In this document: piece after piece, positions 36,209 through 45,099 of the stretch
Position numbering within the stretch: the stretch's first letter is position 1
Layout: each line of letters begins with the position of its first letter
Source: an uncultured Gammaproteobacteria bacterium
Lineage (GTDB): Bacteria; Pseudomonadota; Gammaproteobacteria; Steroidobacterales; Woeseiaceae
Length of the DNA: 64,000 nucleotides
Direction of reading: 5' to 3'
NCBI GenBank assembly: GCA_963850825.1
Contig: CAWKOQ010000015.1
Span: 406 to 64,405 of the forward strand
Translations under genes and position numbers: made by a program
The notes under the pieces: generated by a model
The model's input: the letters and a program-made list of their open reading frames with translations, nothing else
Database searches by the model: none
What the model was told of the DNA's origin: nothing

Positions 36209-37967
36209 TCGTGCAGCTCCTTTGTGCATCAAAAACAGGAATCAACTCATGCCGCAAAACCTTACCCAGCGGGTTTCGGGGCAACGTGTCCAGGACGCAT
36301 ATCATCTCCGGGAGCTTGAATACCGCGATATCCTCCGCCTTCAGGAAAGCAATAATCTCGTCCAAAGTCACAGACTCACCCGGTTTCGGAACCACCGCGA
36401 CCCCAATGCGCTCGCCGAGAATCTGGTCGGCAACGCCTACGACCGCAGCGTCCGCGATTCTGTCGTACCCGGCCAGAAGATTGTCCAATTCTGCCGGCGA
36501 AATTTTCATGCCCCCGCGAGAAATAATATCTTTGTGGCGGCCAACGAACCGATAGTATTTTTGCTCCTCACGATCGCCTGCGATTTCGAACAGGTCGCCG
36601 GTACGGAAGTAGCCGTCTGCTGAAAACACATCCGCATTTTCCTCGGGCGAGTTCCAATAGCCGTCGAATACCGTCGGCCCCTTAATCAACATTTCAGCCG
36701 CAACGCCAGGTACAACAACTTCTGCACCAGTATCGGTATCGACCAATTTACTAACAAACATGTCGGCGATGCGATTGTTCCAGGAATAGCCTTCTATGCC
36801 AAAACGTGGAAATAATTCGCCTCTCAGTGCAGGATCGGGAACCTCTTTGGGACCCGATACCAGGCACATTCCTTCGTTCGAACCGAAATTGTTCATGATG
36901 GCTATGCCATAGTCCTTCTCATAGCCTTCAACCATCCACGGCGACAACGGTGCGCTGCCACTGCCAATCGAGCGCAGCGCGGTCAGGTCAAGACTGTCGA
37001 GCAATTGCCTGTTCTGCAGCAACGTGTTCAGCAGTGCGGGCGGCGCAATCGTATAGTTAACGCTTTCATCACTGATTTGCCCAAGAAACACGGGCAAATC
37101 CATCGGATGATGTAGCACGAGAGTTCCGTGGCACTTAAGCCAGTTATACAAGAACCCGCCTATCCCACCCATATTGACAAGCGGAAATGGGTTTAGAAGT
37201 ACATCGGCGTCACGCAATTCCGCGAGGTCGCCACTGCCGATACTGGTCGCCCACCAATGATTGTGGCTACGCGGTACACCTTTCGGTGTGCCAGTCGTAC
37301 CGGACGTCCAGCAGATTGTGAATATGTCATTGGCGTCGGGCACGAAGTCGCCGCAATACGCATCGTAGGCGGCCTGTTCAGCGGTACCAAGATTGCGGCG
37401 CTCCAGATCAACGACGTCCGATTCCGGGTCGGGATCGGAGGCAACACTAAACAATTTGCAGCCATTAAACACGTCGGCATGATCGGCCAGTAGATATTGC
37501 TCCTTGAAACGGGATACAGAAATATACGCTGCCGCGTTTAGTGATTTCTTAATCTCTGAAAGCTCGTGGCCACCGTACTGAACCGGTACGGGACTTGCGA
37601 TCGCTCCGATTCGGGCAAGCGCGAGATATAAAATGGGTAGCTCGACGATATTCGGCAGCTGCACAACAACGATGTCATTTGCGCGAATCCCGCTGGCATG
37701 AAGCGCTGCGCCAATGGCTCCGGCTCGTTCCTCGACGTCTCTGTAGGTTAATCGTGCAGGGGCGCCTGCAACCAGTGACGATCTGTTGGGTGCGTCAAGC
37801 AGCGCGAGACGCTCAGGCTGTTGGTCAAGCGCGTTATCGAACAGTGAACAAAGCGTGTCGTGCCCCCACCAACCCGCTTGGACATGCTTGTCAATTAGTT
37901 CTTGCGGTGTCGTTCGCACAGTGCAGTCGCGGTCAGGCCGCTGATCCTTGTGCAACTTCAGCATCAA
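36201..37967 (-). CDS. Adenylate-forming acyl-CoA synthetase (paralog of 14358-16064)
   Basis: CWTSGTTGTPKGVPRSH. By alignment with the paralog N-terminus (MRTTP...), the real start may be the GTG at 37919. Confidence 0.9.
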   Translation of the reverse strand: MMLKLHKDQRPDRDCTVRTTPQELIDKHVQAGWWGHDTLCSLFDNALDQQPERLALLDAPNRSSLVAGAPARLTYRDVEERAGAIGAALHASGIRANDIVVVQLPNIVELPILYLALARIGAIASPVPVQYGGHELSEIKKSLNAAAYISVSRFKEQYLLADHADVFNGCKLFSVASDPDPESDVVDLERRNLGTAEQAAYDAYCGDFVPDANDIFTICWTSGTTGTPKGVPRSHNHWWATSIGSGDLAELRDADVLLNPFPLVNMGGIGGFLYNWLKCHGTLVLHHPMDLPVFLGQISDESVNYTIAPPALLNTLLQNRQLLDSLDLTALRSIGSGSAPLSPWMVEGYEKDYGIAIMNNFGSNEGMCLVSGPKEVPDPALRGELFPRFGIEGYSWNNRIADMFVSKLVDTDTGAEVVVPGVAAEMLIKGPTVFDGYWNSPEENADVFSADGYFRTGDLFEIAGDREEQKYYRFVGRHKDIISRGGMKISPAELDNLLAGYDRIADAAVVGVADQILGERIGVAVVPKPGESVTLDEIIAFLKAEDIAVFKLPEMICVLDTLPRNPLGKVLRHELIPVFDAQRSCTND

Positions 37968-38901
37968 GGAAGGCTATGAATTCATCAACCGTGCATTGCG
38001 GTGTCTTCGTAAAATCGAACATGTGCGCCGGCCGCAAGCGGCGATCAAGCCAGACCCCTCCATCAGGATCATCGCTGCTTGGTGGCCGCGTAGACGCCAG
38101 CCAAAGTGCCGTTTCACCGCCCTGGTACGGCGTACGAAGGATGATATTTTGCACTTTATAAAAAACCGGTAATGCACTTTTGACGCCGGGAGTCTTTGTC
38201 CAGCCAGGATGCATGACATACGATTGAATGCCTCTATCCTTGAACTTCGCATTCCAGTAGCCCGTCAATACTGCTTGACCACGCTTATGGGCTGCGTAGA
38301 CAACTTTGCCGTTGTATTTCGACGCGTCCGTCACATTCAGTTTACGAGTACCGATGGGCATGTTGTACATACCGCCGGATGTCATATTGATAATCGTACC
38401 GCCCGAGACGATCTTATCGTTCGCTACCAATCCTTCTGTCAGTATGTAATGACTCAGGATATTGGTGACAAATGTCGCTTCGCGACCTTCGCTAGTGATG
38501 GCCAGTTCCGGAAATAGGACACCAACGTTGTTGAGCAGCACATCGAATGCTTCTCCTTCAATAAGCCGATCACGCAAGCGCTCCGTATCGCTCTGCAACG
38601 ACATATCGGCGACTTCGTAACTAACACGAGCTTTGGCGTCGGTCGGCAAATCATCAAGCAGCTGCTGCAACTTCGCTTCGCTGCGGGCGACCGCGACCAC
38701 TTCGGCGCCGGACTCGGCCGCAGCGATAACCATTGCGCGGCCTATGCCGCCCGACGCGCCGGTAATCAGCCAGCGCTGACCAGCATAGTCTTTTGTATAT
38801 CGCCTCAGGAACAGTCCGCGCGCGAAGTAACCGATCTTGGTATAGCTCGGCGTAAATCGACCATAGAAATTGAGTATCTTGATAAAAGTACGTGTATCCA
38901 T
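37933..38901 (-). CDS. SDR-family oxidoreductase (DHRS12-like, with N-terminal extension)
   Basis: WLITGASGGIGRAMV and YAAHK. Confidence 0.85.
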   Translation of the reverse strand: MDTRTFIKILNFYGRFTPSYTKIGYFARGLFLRRYTKDYAGQRWLITGASGGIGRAMVIAAAESGAEVVAVARSEAKLQQLLDDLPTDAKARVSYEVADMSLQSDTERLRDRLIEGEAFDVLLNNVGVLFPELAITSEGREATFVTNILSHYILTEGLVANDKIVSGGTIINMTSGGMYNMPIGTRKLNVTDASKYNGKVVYAAHKRGQAVLTGYWNAKFKDRGIQSYVMHPGWTKTPGVKSALPVFYKVQNIILRTPYQGGETALWLASTRPPSSDDPDGGVWLDRRLRPAHMFDFTKTPQCTVDEFIAFLDAEVAQGSAA

Positions 38902-38939
38902 CGATTTCCCGCCGTGCCTATTGTTGTAATTGTTGAGTT

Positions 38940-38956
38940 ACTTGTACTAATGAACT
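38940..38956 (+). promoter_or_regulatory. Operator-like 17-mer (12/17, weakest of the divergent-gap copies)
   Basis: ACTTGTACTAATGAACT, 38 nt from start 38901 (-) and 53 nt from ATG 39010 (+). Confidence 0.5.
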
Positions 38957-39009
38957 TAAGATACTCGTGAGACCTGATTCGGTCAAATTCAGTGATAGGG
39001 AGACCCAAT

Positions 39010-39375
39010 ATGACGAACAAAGATATCGTGGATCAATTTTTTGCGTGCTGGAGTCAGGGCGATCTTGACGGCTCGATGGCCCTTTGCACAGAGGACGCGG
39101 TCTGGGACAACGTTCCAATGAAACCGGTTGTTGGCAAAGCGGCGATTAGCGCATTTCTCGGCAAGTTCGCGAAAGGCATGTCCGACATTCACTACGAGGT
39201 CAAAGGTGTGTTGGAAAATGCTGACAGCCTGATGTTGGAAGGTACTGAAAACTACACCAAGAACGGCAAGAAAGTGTCGGTACCGTATATGGCGTCTTTC
39301 AAGTTTCGCGACGGAAAAATCTGTTCCTGGAGCGACTATTTTGACCTTGCGACAGTTGAACGCCAGCTTGCCTGA
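39010..39375 (+). CDS. NTF2-fold protein, limonene-1,2-epoxide-hydrolase/SnoaL-like
   Basis: MTNKDIVDQFFACWSQGDLDGSMALCTEDAVWDNVP...FKFRDGKICSWSDYFD. 121 aa. Confidence 0.7.
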   Translation: MTNKDIVDQFFACWSQGDLDGSMALCTEDAVWDNVPMKPVVGKAAISAFLGKFAKGMSDIHYEVKGVLENADSLMLEGTENYTKNGKKVSVPYMASFKFRDGKICSWSDYFDLATVERQLA

Positions 39376-39392
39376 CAGAACATCGCAAACAC

Positions 39393-40313
39393 TTACTGAT
39401 TGAGACCATTCAGTGCTAGACCCGGTCGTGGCCAGCGCATCTTCACCAACTGGCCAGTCCCGGATAGAGTAATGTAGGCGGTGCACATGTCGTCGCCTCC
39501 GAAGCAGATATTGGTAACCAACGGGTCGGGAAATTCGTAGAAATCGACGAGCTCGCCGCGCGGCGAAACAACGCTGACACCTCCCGTGAAAACGGTCGCC
39601 TGACACACATTGCCGTCGCTATCGACCGCCATAGAGTCAAAACCCAGATGACCGCCCGGCGCATACAACAAATTTCGCGGATCGCCTGTTGCTGCGCCTT
39701 CCTCCAGGGTGCCGGTAGCCGTGATATCGAAATGCCACAAGCGGCCATTAAGAGTTTCACAGAAGTACAGTGTCTTCTCGTCCGGCGACAACGCAATGCC
39801 GTTGGCGTATTCCGCCGGATGTAGTTCTTCGCTGATGTGGCCACCATCTGTTGTCGCATAGTAGATGCCACCGCGCGTTGCCTTGCGGTGATATATCTTG
39901 CCGGTGTCGCTAAACCAAAAACCACCTTGTTTATCGAACACGATGTCATTGGGCCCTTCGAGAGCATTGCCGTCACAAGAATCATACACGCGCTCAAATT
40001 TGCCTGTCGCCAGGTCGACACGCTCTATACGGCCACCGGCGTAGTCGTCGGCGACACCATGGGGATACAGCAAGCCGTCTACGTCGATCCAGCCGAAGCC
40101 GCCGCTGTTGCAGATATAGCAATAGCCGTCGGGACCGATAGCGGCGCCGTTGGGACCACCACCGAGGTCTGCTACGACTTCTACTTTGCCGTCTGGATGA
40201 ACGCGACTCAACGTGCCCCTCGCGATCTCGACCAATAACACACTGCCATCCGGCATCGCAATCGGCCCTTCGGGAAACCGCAAGTCTGTCGCCACCACTT
40301 CGAATTCAGTCAT
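39393..40313 (-). CDS. SMP-30/gluconolactonase/LRE-family lactonase (beta-propeller)
   Basis: 306 aa. FPEGPIAMPDGSVLLVE and repeated propeller-blade pattern. Confidence 0.85.
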   Translation of the reverse strand: MTEFEVVATDLRFPEGPIAMPDGSVLLVEIARGTLSRVHPDGKVEVVADLGGGPNGAAIGPDGYCYICNSGGFGWIDVDGLLYPHGVADDYAGGRIERVDLATGKFERVYDSCDGNALEGPNDIVFDKQGGFWFSDTGKIYHRKATRGGIYYATTDGGHISEELHPAEYANGIALSPDEKTLYFCETLNGRLWHFDITATGTLEEGAATGDPRNLLYAPGGHLGFDSMAVDSDGNVCQATVFTGGVSVVSPRGELVDFYEFPDPLVTNICFGGDDMCTAYITLSGTGQLVKMRWPRPGLALNGLNQ

Positions 40314-42037
40314 TTCAATACAACCTCCGGATTTTGATAGACGGACCGGCCTCGAGAGAACGTCTCGACGATCTGTATATCTTTGAGTTCTGCCGGGTTA
40401 ATCCGCAAAGGATTAGCGTCCAAAATAACCAGGTCCGCCTGCTTGCCGACGCGCAACGAGCCCTTACGGTCTTCTTCAAAAAACTGGTAGGCGCCACCCA
40501 AGGTCATGGCCTGCAACGCTTCGTTCACGGTGAGTCGCTGATCCGGGCCCAGAATGTAGCCGCTGCGCGTCGTACGATTTACGGTCGCCCACAACAATCG
40601 CATCATATCCGGCGGCACGATCGGCGCATCATTGTGCAGCGTAAAACTGACACCGTTGTCAATCGCCCAGCGAGTTGGGCTGATGTTTTGCGCGCGTCCT
40701 TCGCCAAAACTTACGCGATGCCAGTCACCCCAAAAAAACGGGTGCGCAGAAAAAAACGAGGTCACGATACCCAGTTCAGCAGCCCTTCTTAACTGGTCAT
40801 TACGCATCAGCTGCGCGTGAATAATTACCGAACGATGATTTGATTTTGGCGAGTCCTCGACCGCCGCGGCAACGCCGTCGATCATCAGGTCAATTGCCGC
40901 ATCCCCGTTCGCATGTACCAATACCGGGATGTCGCGCTGGATCAGATCCGCCACGCGTGTCACGTAGTATTCGGCATCCGTCGTAGGGTACGCGACATAG
41001 CTGGCCTTGGCGCCCGGCGGACCTTCCACGTAGGGTTCAGTCATCCAAGCGGTTCGCCCTTGCGGCGACCCGTCCAGACTGAATTTGACGCCAATTTGTC
41101 GAACCCCGCCGGCGTATTCGACTTCTGAAACGAAATCACGGTAGTCATCTTCCGACAGCGCGGTCATGTAGGTGTAGGTGCCGATATCGACAACATACGG
41201 CTCAGTCGTAGCAGCATCCCTGAGTATCCGAAGGTCCGCGGGAATGATCGCCCCATCCTGCACCGTTGTTATTCCATAGCTAGCGTACTGAGTAGCTGCG
41301 TCCCGCGTAAGCTCAACGAAACGATCCCCGGTCAGCTGATTGAGTCGGCCGAACAACACTGTTGACGCAGCCGACTCCTCGAAAATGCCATTTGGTTCGC
41401 GACTGCCCTCGCGGCGACGTATCACACCCCCTTTCGGATTCGGCGTGTCAGCGTTAATCTCGAGTTTTCGTAGTGCCAGCGAATTTGTCGCCGCTAAATG
41501 CCCCGACACGTGCATCAATAAGATCGGGTGTTCTGTAGAAACGGCATCGAGATCGTCGCGCGTCGGGTGACGTTTTTCGGCAAGTAGCGAATCGTCGTAA
41601 CCGTAGCCTACGACCCAGCCGCCAGCGGGCGCCTCGACGGCGGCTATTCGCTGTTGCAACAGCCTGACAATATCGTCGATATTTTCGGCCGCGCCTACCG
41701 GCGGTGACGACAGATTGACGAAATCGCTCAGACGTGCGGTGGCCGAGAAATGACCGTGCGAGTCGACGAACCCAGGTAACAAAGCCCTGTCGCCAAGTTC
41801 TACAATTCGGGTTCGATCACCGCGATAACGTAAGACCCGGTCAGCATCCCCGACGGCAACGATCTCTTCACCGCGAACGGCCACACCGCTAACCGGAGTG
41901 AGGTCATCCTCCATCGTTATGATGTTGTCGCCGACGAAAATCGTGTCGGCCGGAATGACATTTGTGACGGAGGCGTCTGTACCCTGCCCGCACGCAGACA
42001 ATGAGAAAATATACAGATAGAAAAGCTTGCGATGCAC
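40310..42037 (-). CDS. Amidohydrolase-3 family metallo-hydrolase, lipoprotein
   Basis: Lipobox ...FSLSACGQ, FVDSHGHFS metal site and VHANGDAAID. Confidence 0.85.
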   Translation of the reverse strand: MHRKLFYLYIFSLSACGQGTDASVTNVIPADTIFVGDNIITMEDDLTPVSGVAVRGEEIVAVGDADRVLRYRGDRTRIVELGDRALLPGFVDSHGHFSATARLSDFVNLSSPPVGAAENIDDIVRLLQQRIAAVEAPAGGWVVGYGYDDSLLAEKRHPTRDDLDAVSTEHPILLMHVSGHLAATNSLALRKLEINADTPNPKGGVIRRREGSREPNGIFEESAASTVLFGRLNQLTGDRFVELTRDAATQYASYGITTVQDGAIIPADLRILRDAATTEPYVVDIGTYTYMTALSEDDYRDFVSEVEYAGGVRQIGVKFSLDGSPQGRTAWMTEPYVEGPPGAKASYVAYPTTDAEYYVTRVADLIQRDIPVLVHANGDAAIDLMIDGVAAAVEDSPKSNHRSVIIHAQLMRNDQLRRAAELGIVTSFFSAHPFFWGDWHRVSFGEGRAQNISPTRWAIDNGVSFTLHNDAPIVPPDMMRLLWATVNRTTRSGYILGPDQRLTVNEALQAMTLGGAYQFFEEDRKGSLRVGKQADLVILDANPLRINPAELKDIQIVETFSRGRSVYQNPEVVLK

Positions 42038-42069
42038 TTTAGGCGTCCTTTTCGTGCCATTATACTCGC

Positions 42070-42086
42070 AGTCTTACTATGCAAGC
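42070..42086 (-). promoter_or_regulatory. Operator-like 17-mer (14/17)
   Basis: + strand AGTCTTACTATGCAAGC. It is 32 nt from start 42037 (-) and 42 nt from start 42129 (+). Confidence 0.6.
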
Positions 42087-42128
42087 TAACTAAACTATCA
42101 TGCAGATCAGGCAGTTGAGGACCACGAT

Positions 42129-43508
42129 TTGACCGAAAAGCAAGAATCACCCCTGCCAAATTCAGCGTTGGCGCATGACGAGCCACCTTGGCCGAATCCC
42201 ATCTATGCGTGGTACGTGGTCGGCGTGCTGATGCTTGCCTATACGAATTCGTTTATCGATCGGCAGATACTGAGCCTGCTGGTCGAACCGATTCGCAATG
42301 ACCTTGGAGTATCAGATACGCAGATCAGCTTGTTGGCTGGACTCGCGTTTTCTGTTTTCTACACGGTCATGGGAATACCGTTGGCCCGTCTCGCCGATCA
42401 GTCGAATCGTCGCAACATCATTACGGCCGGCGTTGCTGGCTGGAGTTTAATGACTGCGCTATGCGGCGCGGCGCAGAACTTCTGGCAGTTGTTCCTGGCA
42501 AGAATCGGTGTTGGAGTTGGTGAAGCGACGCTGTCGCCTGCCGCGTTTTCGATAATATCGGACTACTTCCCTAAGAATCGTATTGCACGAGCATTTAGCG
42601 TCTATTCCATGGGCGTGTACTTCGGCGCCGGATTGGCACTGATGATCGGCGGATTAGTGATCAAGATCGTGTCGGCCGCACCGCCTGTGGAGCTGCCGCT
42701 TATCGGCACCGTGCGTTCCTGGCAATTGACATTTTTCGTTGTCGGTCTCCTGGGCCTGCCTATCCTCTTGTTGCTGTTCACTATCAAGGAACCGTTGCGC
42801 CGCGGCACGTCAGCGGCCGCTAAGAGTAGTGACGGCGCAACTTTCAAAGACCTCAAGAAGTTTCTCAGTGAGAATCGATTTACCGTCATTTGGCACTTTG
42901 CGGCGTTTTCGTTGATAGGCATCGGCATTGTCACCTACCTGATTTGGACACCAACCTGGTTCATTCGTACTTACCAGTGGGACGCGCCAAGAATTGGCCT
43001 CGTCTACGGTGGGATGACATTTGTGCTGGGTACCGCAGGTGTCTATGCCGGTGGCTTCGTCGCTGACTGGTTCCATCAGCGCGGACGCGAGGACGCGATC
43101 CTTCGGGCGACGATGTACGGCGGCATTATCGCGATTCCGTTTGCTATCGCGACACCGCTAATGCCGAATGAGACGCTGGCCGTAATCAGTTTGGGTGTAA
43201 CTACCTTTCTACTTGCCTTTCCGCAAGGCCTGCCAGCAGCGGCATTACAAGTCATCGCCCCGAATCGTCTACGCGCCCAAATGACAGCCTTGTACTTCCT
43301 GGTCGGCAACCTGATAGCACTTGGCATTGGGCCGACGATGGTGGCCTTGGTCACTGACTATGGATTCGGGGACCCGAACATGTTGCGCTACTCAATGGCA
43401 CTTGTCTGCGCTATCGTCATTCCGTTGGGTGTCGTAGCGGTGTGGCTGAGTTTGAAGCCGTACCGGGCCAGTGTGGAACGCGCAAAACAGATTGCTGCCG
43501 AAGGCTAA
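42129..43508 (+). CDS. MFS transporter
   Basis: 12-TM pattern and motif A GIPLARLADQSNRRNII. TTG start. Paralog of 60274-61599. Confidence 0.85.
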   Translation: MTEKQESPLPNSALAHDEPPWPNPIYAWYVVGVLMLAYTNSFIDRQILSLLVEPIRNDLGVSDTQISLLAGLAFSVFYTVMGIPLARLADQSNRRNIITAGVAGWSLMTALCGAAQNFWQLFLARIGVGVGEATLSPAAFSIISDYFPKNRIARAFSVYSMGVYFGAGLALMIGGLVIKIVSAAPPVELPLIGTVRSWQLTFFVVGLLGLPILLLLFTIKEPLRRGTSAAAKSSDGATFKDLKKFLSENRFTVIWHFAAFSLIGIGIVTYLIWTPTWFIRTYQWDAPRIGLVYGGMTFVLGTAGVYAGGFVADWFHQRGREDAILRATMYGGIIAIPFAIATPLMPNETLAVISLGVTTFLLAFPQGLPAAALQVIAPNRLRAQMTALYFLVGNLIALGIGPTMVALVTDYGFGDPNMLRYSMALVCAIVIPLGVVAVWLSLKPYRASVERAKQIAAEG

Positions 43509-43513
43509 AGTCG

Positions 43514-44986
43514 CTACGACGCCTGCGCAGTTCGGATGTCGTCGCCGTTGGCCCAGGTCGCATGCGTGCCTGCACAAATACGATGCGGCAGTATTATTCG
43601 GCAGATCGCGCCGCCCTCAATGTCTTGCGCATCGACAATGACGCATTCTGAGGCATCCTCTGCCATGTCGGTGACAAACGTAATCAAGTAGCCGTCGTCC
43701 TCATCTTTTGCTCCCACGCGTGGCGCAAAAGCCGCCTCACTGCAGGTACGGTGTTCGCCCATATCGATTGACCACGACTGACCGGTTTGGAGGTCGTGCT
43801 TCGTCAGGCCGGTAAAAAGGAACCAACCCGGTAACGGATTTGCGCTGTACCCGTAGCGATTCTTGACACCGCCAAAGCGCGAGTTGATGACGCCAAATTC
43901 CAGCGTGCGATCATCGAGCCTTTCTTCTATTGTCTCTCCGCTGCGCATGTTAAATCGCCACTTGTGCAGCCGTGGCTGAATGGCCCACTGATCCAGGTAC
44001 GCCATCATGCGTTCGTAGCCCGGCGGAGCATCTTCCCGACTCGGTGGGACTGGTCTGTCCTGGAAGTATCCCAGGAGTACGATCTCGTCTCCTTCTTCCC
44101 ACGCGTTCAGCCAATGCAGAACATAGGTCGGAGCCGCTTCAAACCACTTGATATCTTCGGGCTGGCCGAAACGCGGAATGATGCCGAATCGAGTCGGTAT
44201 ATCTTTATGGAAGCGTACGACGTGATTGCCCTGTTTGAGCTGCTCCGCGTCCCAGAAGACAGGCAGATCGTTCAGAATTGAGTAGTTCGTTGTAAACGCC
44301 ATATCGTGCGGCAGGCGCGGTCCAGGTACCGGTATCGGCACATAATGCTTCAGTTTGTTGTCCGCGCCGACGACGCCGTAGTGCATGAACGGCGCCTTCT
44401 TTGAGTAATTGAAAAACAGCAGTTCACCCGTCGCTTCATCCACCTTCGGATGTGCGGAAATGCCGTCATCGGGAACCCAGCTCTCCGTACCGAATTGATC
44501 CAGGGAGTAAGGATCGAGCCGATATCCTTCCCCGCATTGATAGAATGTTGATAACGCCTGGCCCGCATGCACAATGACATCCGTTGACGACGAGTCTTTC
44601 AATCCTTCCTGTGCACAGATTCCCGGCCGTAGCGAACGCGACGGGTGCTCCATCAGACCCGCCCACAACGAGTGACCCGCCTCCTGCTCAGCCCTGAAGC
44701 CTGCTGTCTCAACAAATCGATTGCAGTATGTCGCCCTTCCGTCGGCGAAACTCATGGAGTGAATCATTCCGTCGCCATCAAACGGGTGGTAACGGCCGAT
44801 GGCTTCATGGATCTGATTTTCGGTGTTGCGCAGATAGACACCATCAAGGTCGCTTGGCACGTCACCAATGACCTCTAAGCCGGTCGCATTGTATTCGTCG
44901 TAATTTGGCGTCCATGCACCGGAAAGATACGGATGCTCCCAGTTTTCTATGGTTGATTGTATTCGGCGGACACGCTCAGTGGGCAT
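43514..44986 (-). CDS. Carotenoid-cleavage / lignostilbene-type dioxygenase (RPE65 family)
   Basis: 490 aa. HPFDGDGMIHS, SAHPKVDEATGELLFFNY, LPHDMAFTTNYSILND and YVLHWLNAWEE. Confidence 0.9.
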   Translation of the reverse strand: MPTERVRRIQSTIENWEHPYLSGAWTPNYDEYNATGLEVIGDVPSDLDGVYLRNTENQIHEAIGRYHPFDGDGMIHSMSFADGRATYCNRFVETAGFRAEQEAGHSLWAGLMEHPSRSLRPGICAQEGLKDSSSTDVIVHAGQALSTFYQCGEGYRLDPYSLDQFGTESWVPDDGISAHPKVDEATGELLFFNYSKKAPFMHYGVVGADNKLKHYVPIPVPGPRLPHDMAFTTNYSILNDLPVFWDAEQLKQGNHVVRFHKDIPTRFGIIPRFGQPEDIKWFEAAPTYVLHWLNAWEEGDEIVLLGYFQDRPVPPSREDAPPGYERMMAYLDQWAIQPRLHKWRFNMRSGETIEERLDDRTLEFGVINSRFGGVKNRYGYSANPLPGWFLFTGLTKHDLQTGQSWSIDMGEHRTCSEAAFAPRVGAKDEDDGYLITFVTDMAEDASECVIVDAQDIEGGAICRIILPHRICAGTHATWANGDDIRTAQAS

Positions 44987-45039
44987 CTCTAATACCTTGA
45001 GAAAATGGTGAAAAACGTGGAAGTATCGATCGTGGCCAA

Positions 45040-45065
45040 TGAAAGTCTGCTAAAGCAGGCTTTCA
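45040..45065. other. Imperfect 11-bp-arm inverted repeat built from the operator half-site TGAAAGTC
   Basis: TGAAAGTCTGC-TAAA-GCAGGCTTTCA, between the TonB-receptor stop (45100) and the oxygenase start (44986). No T-tract follows on either strand. Confidence 0.4.
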
Positions 45066-45099
45066 GAGGCCACGCCGATAAGCACGTACGGCAATTCAA

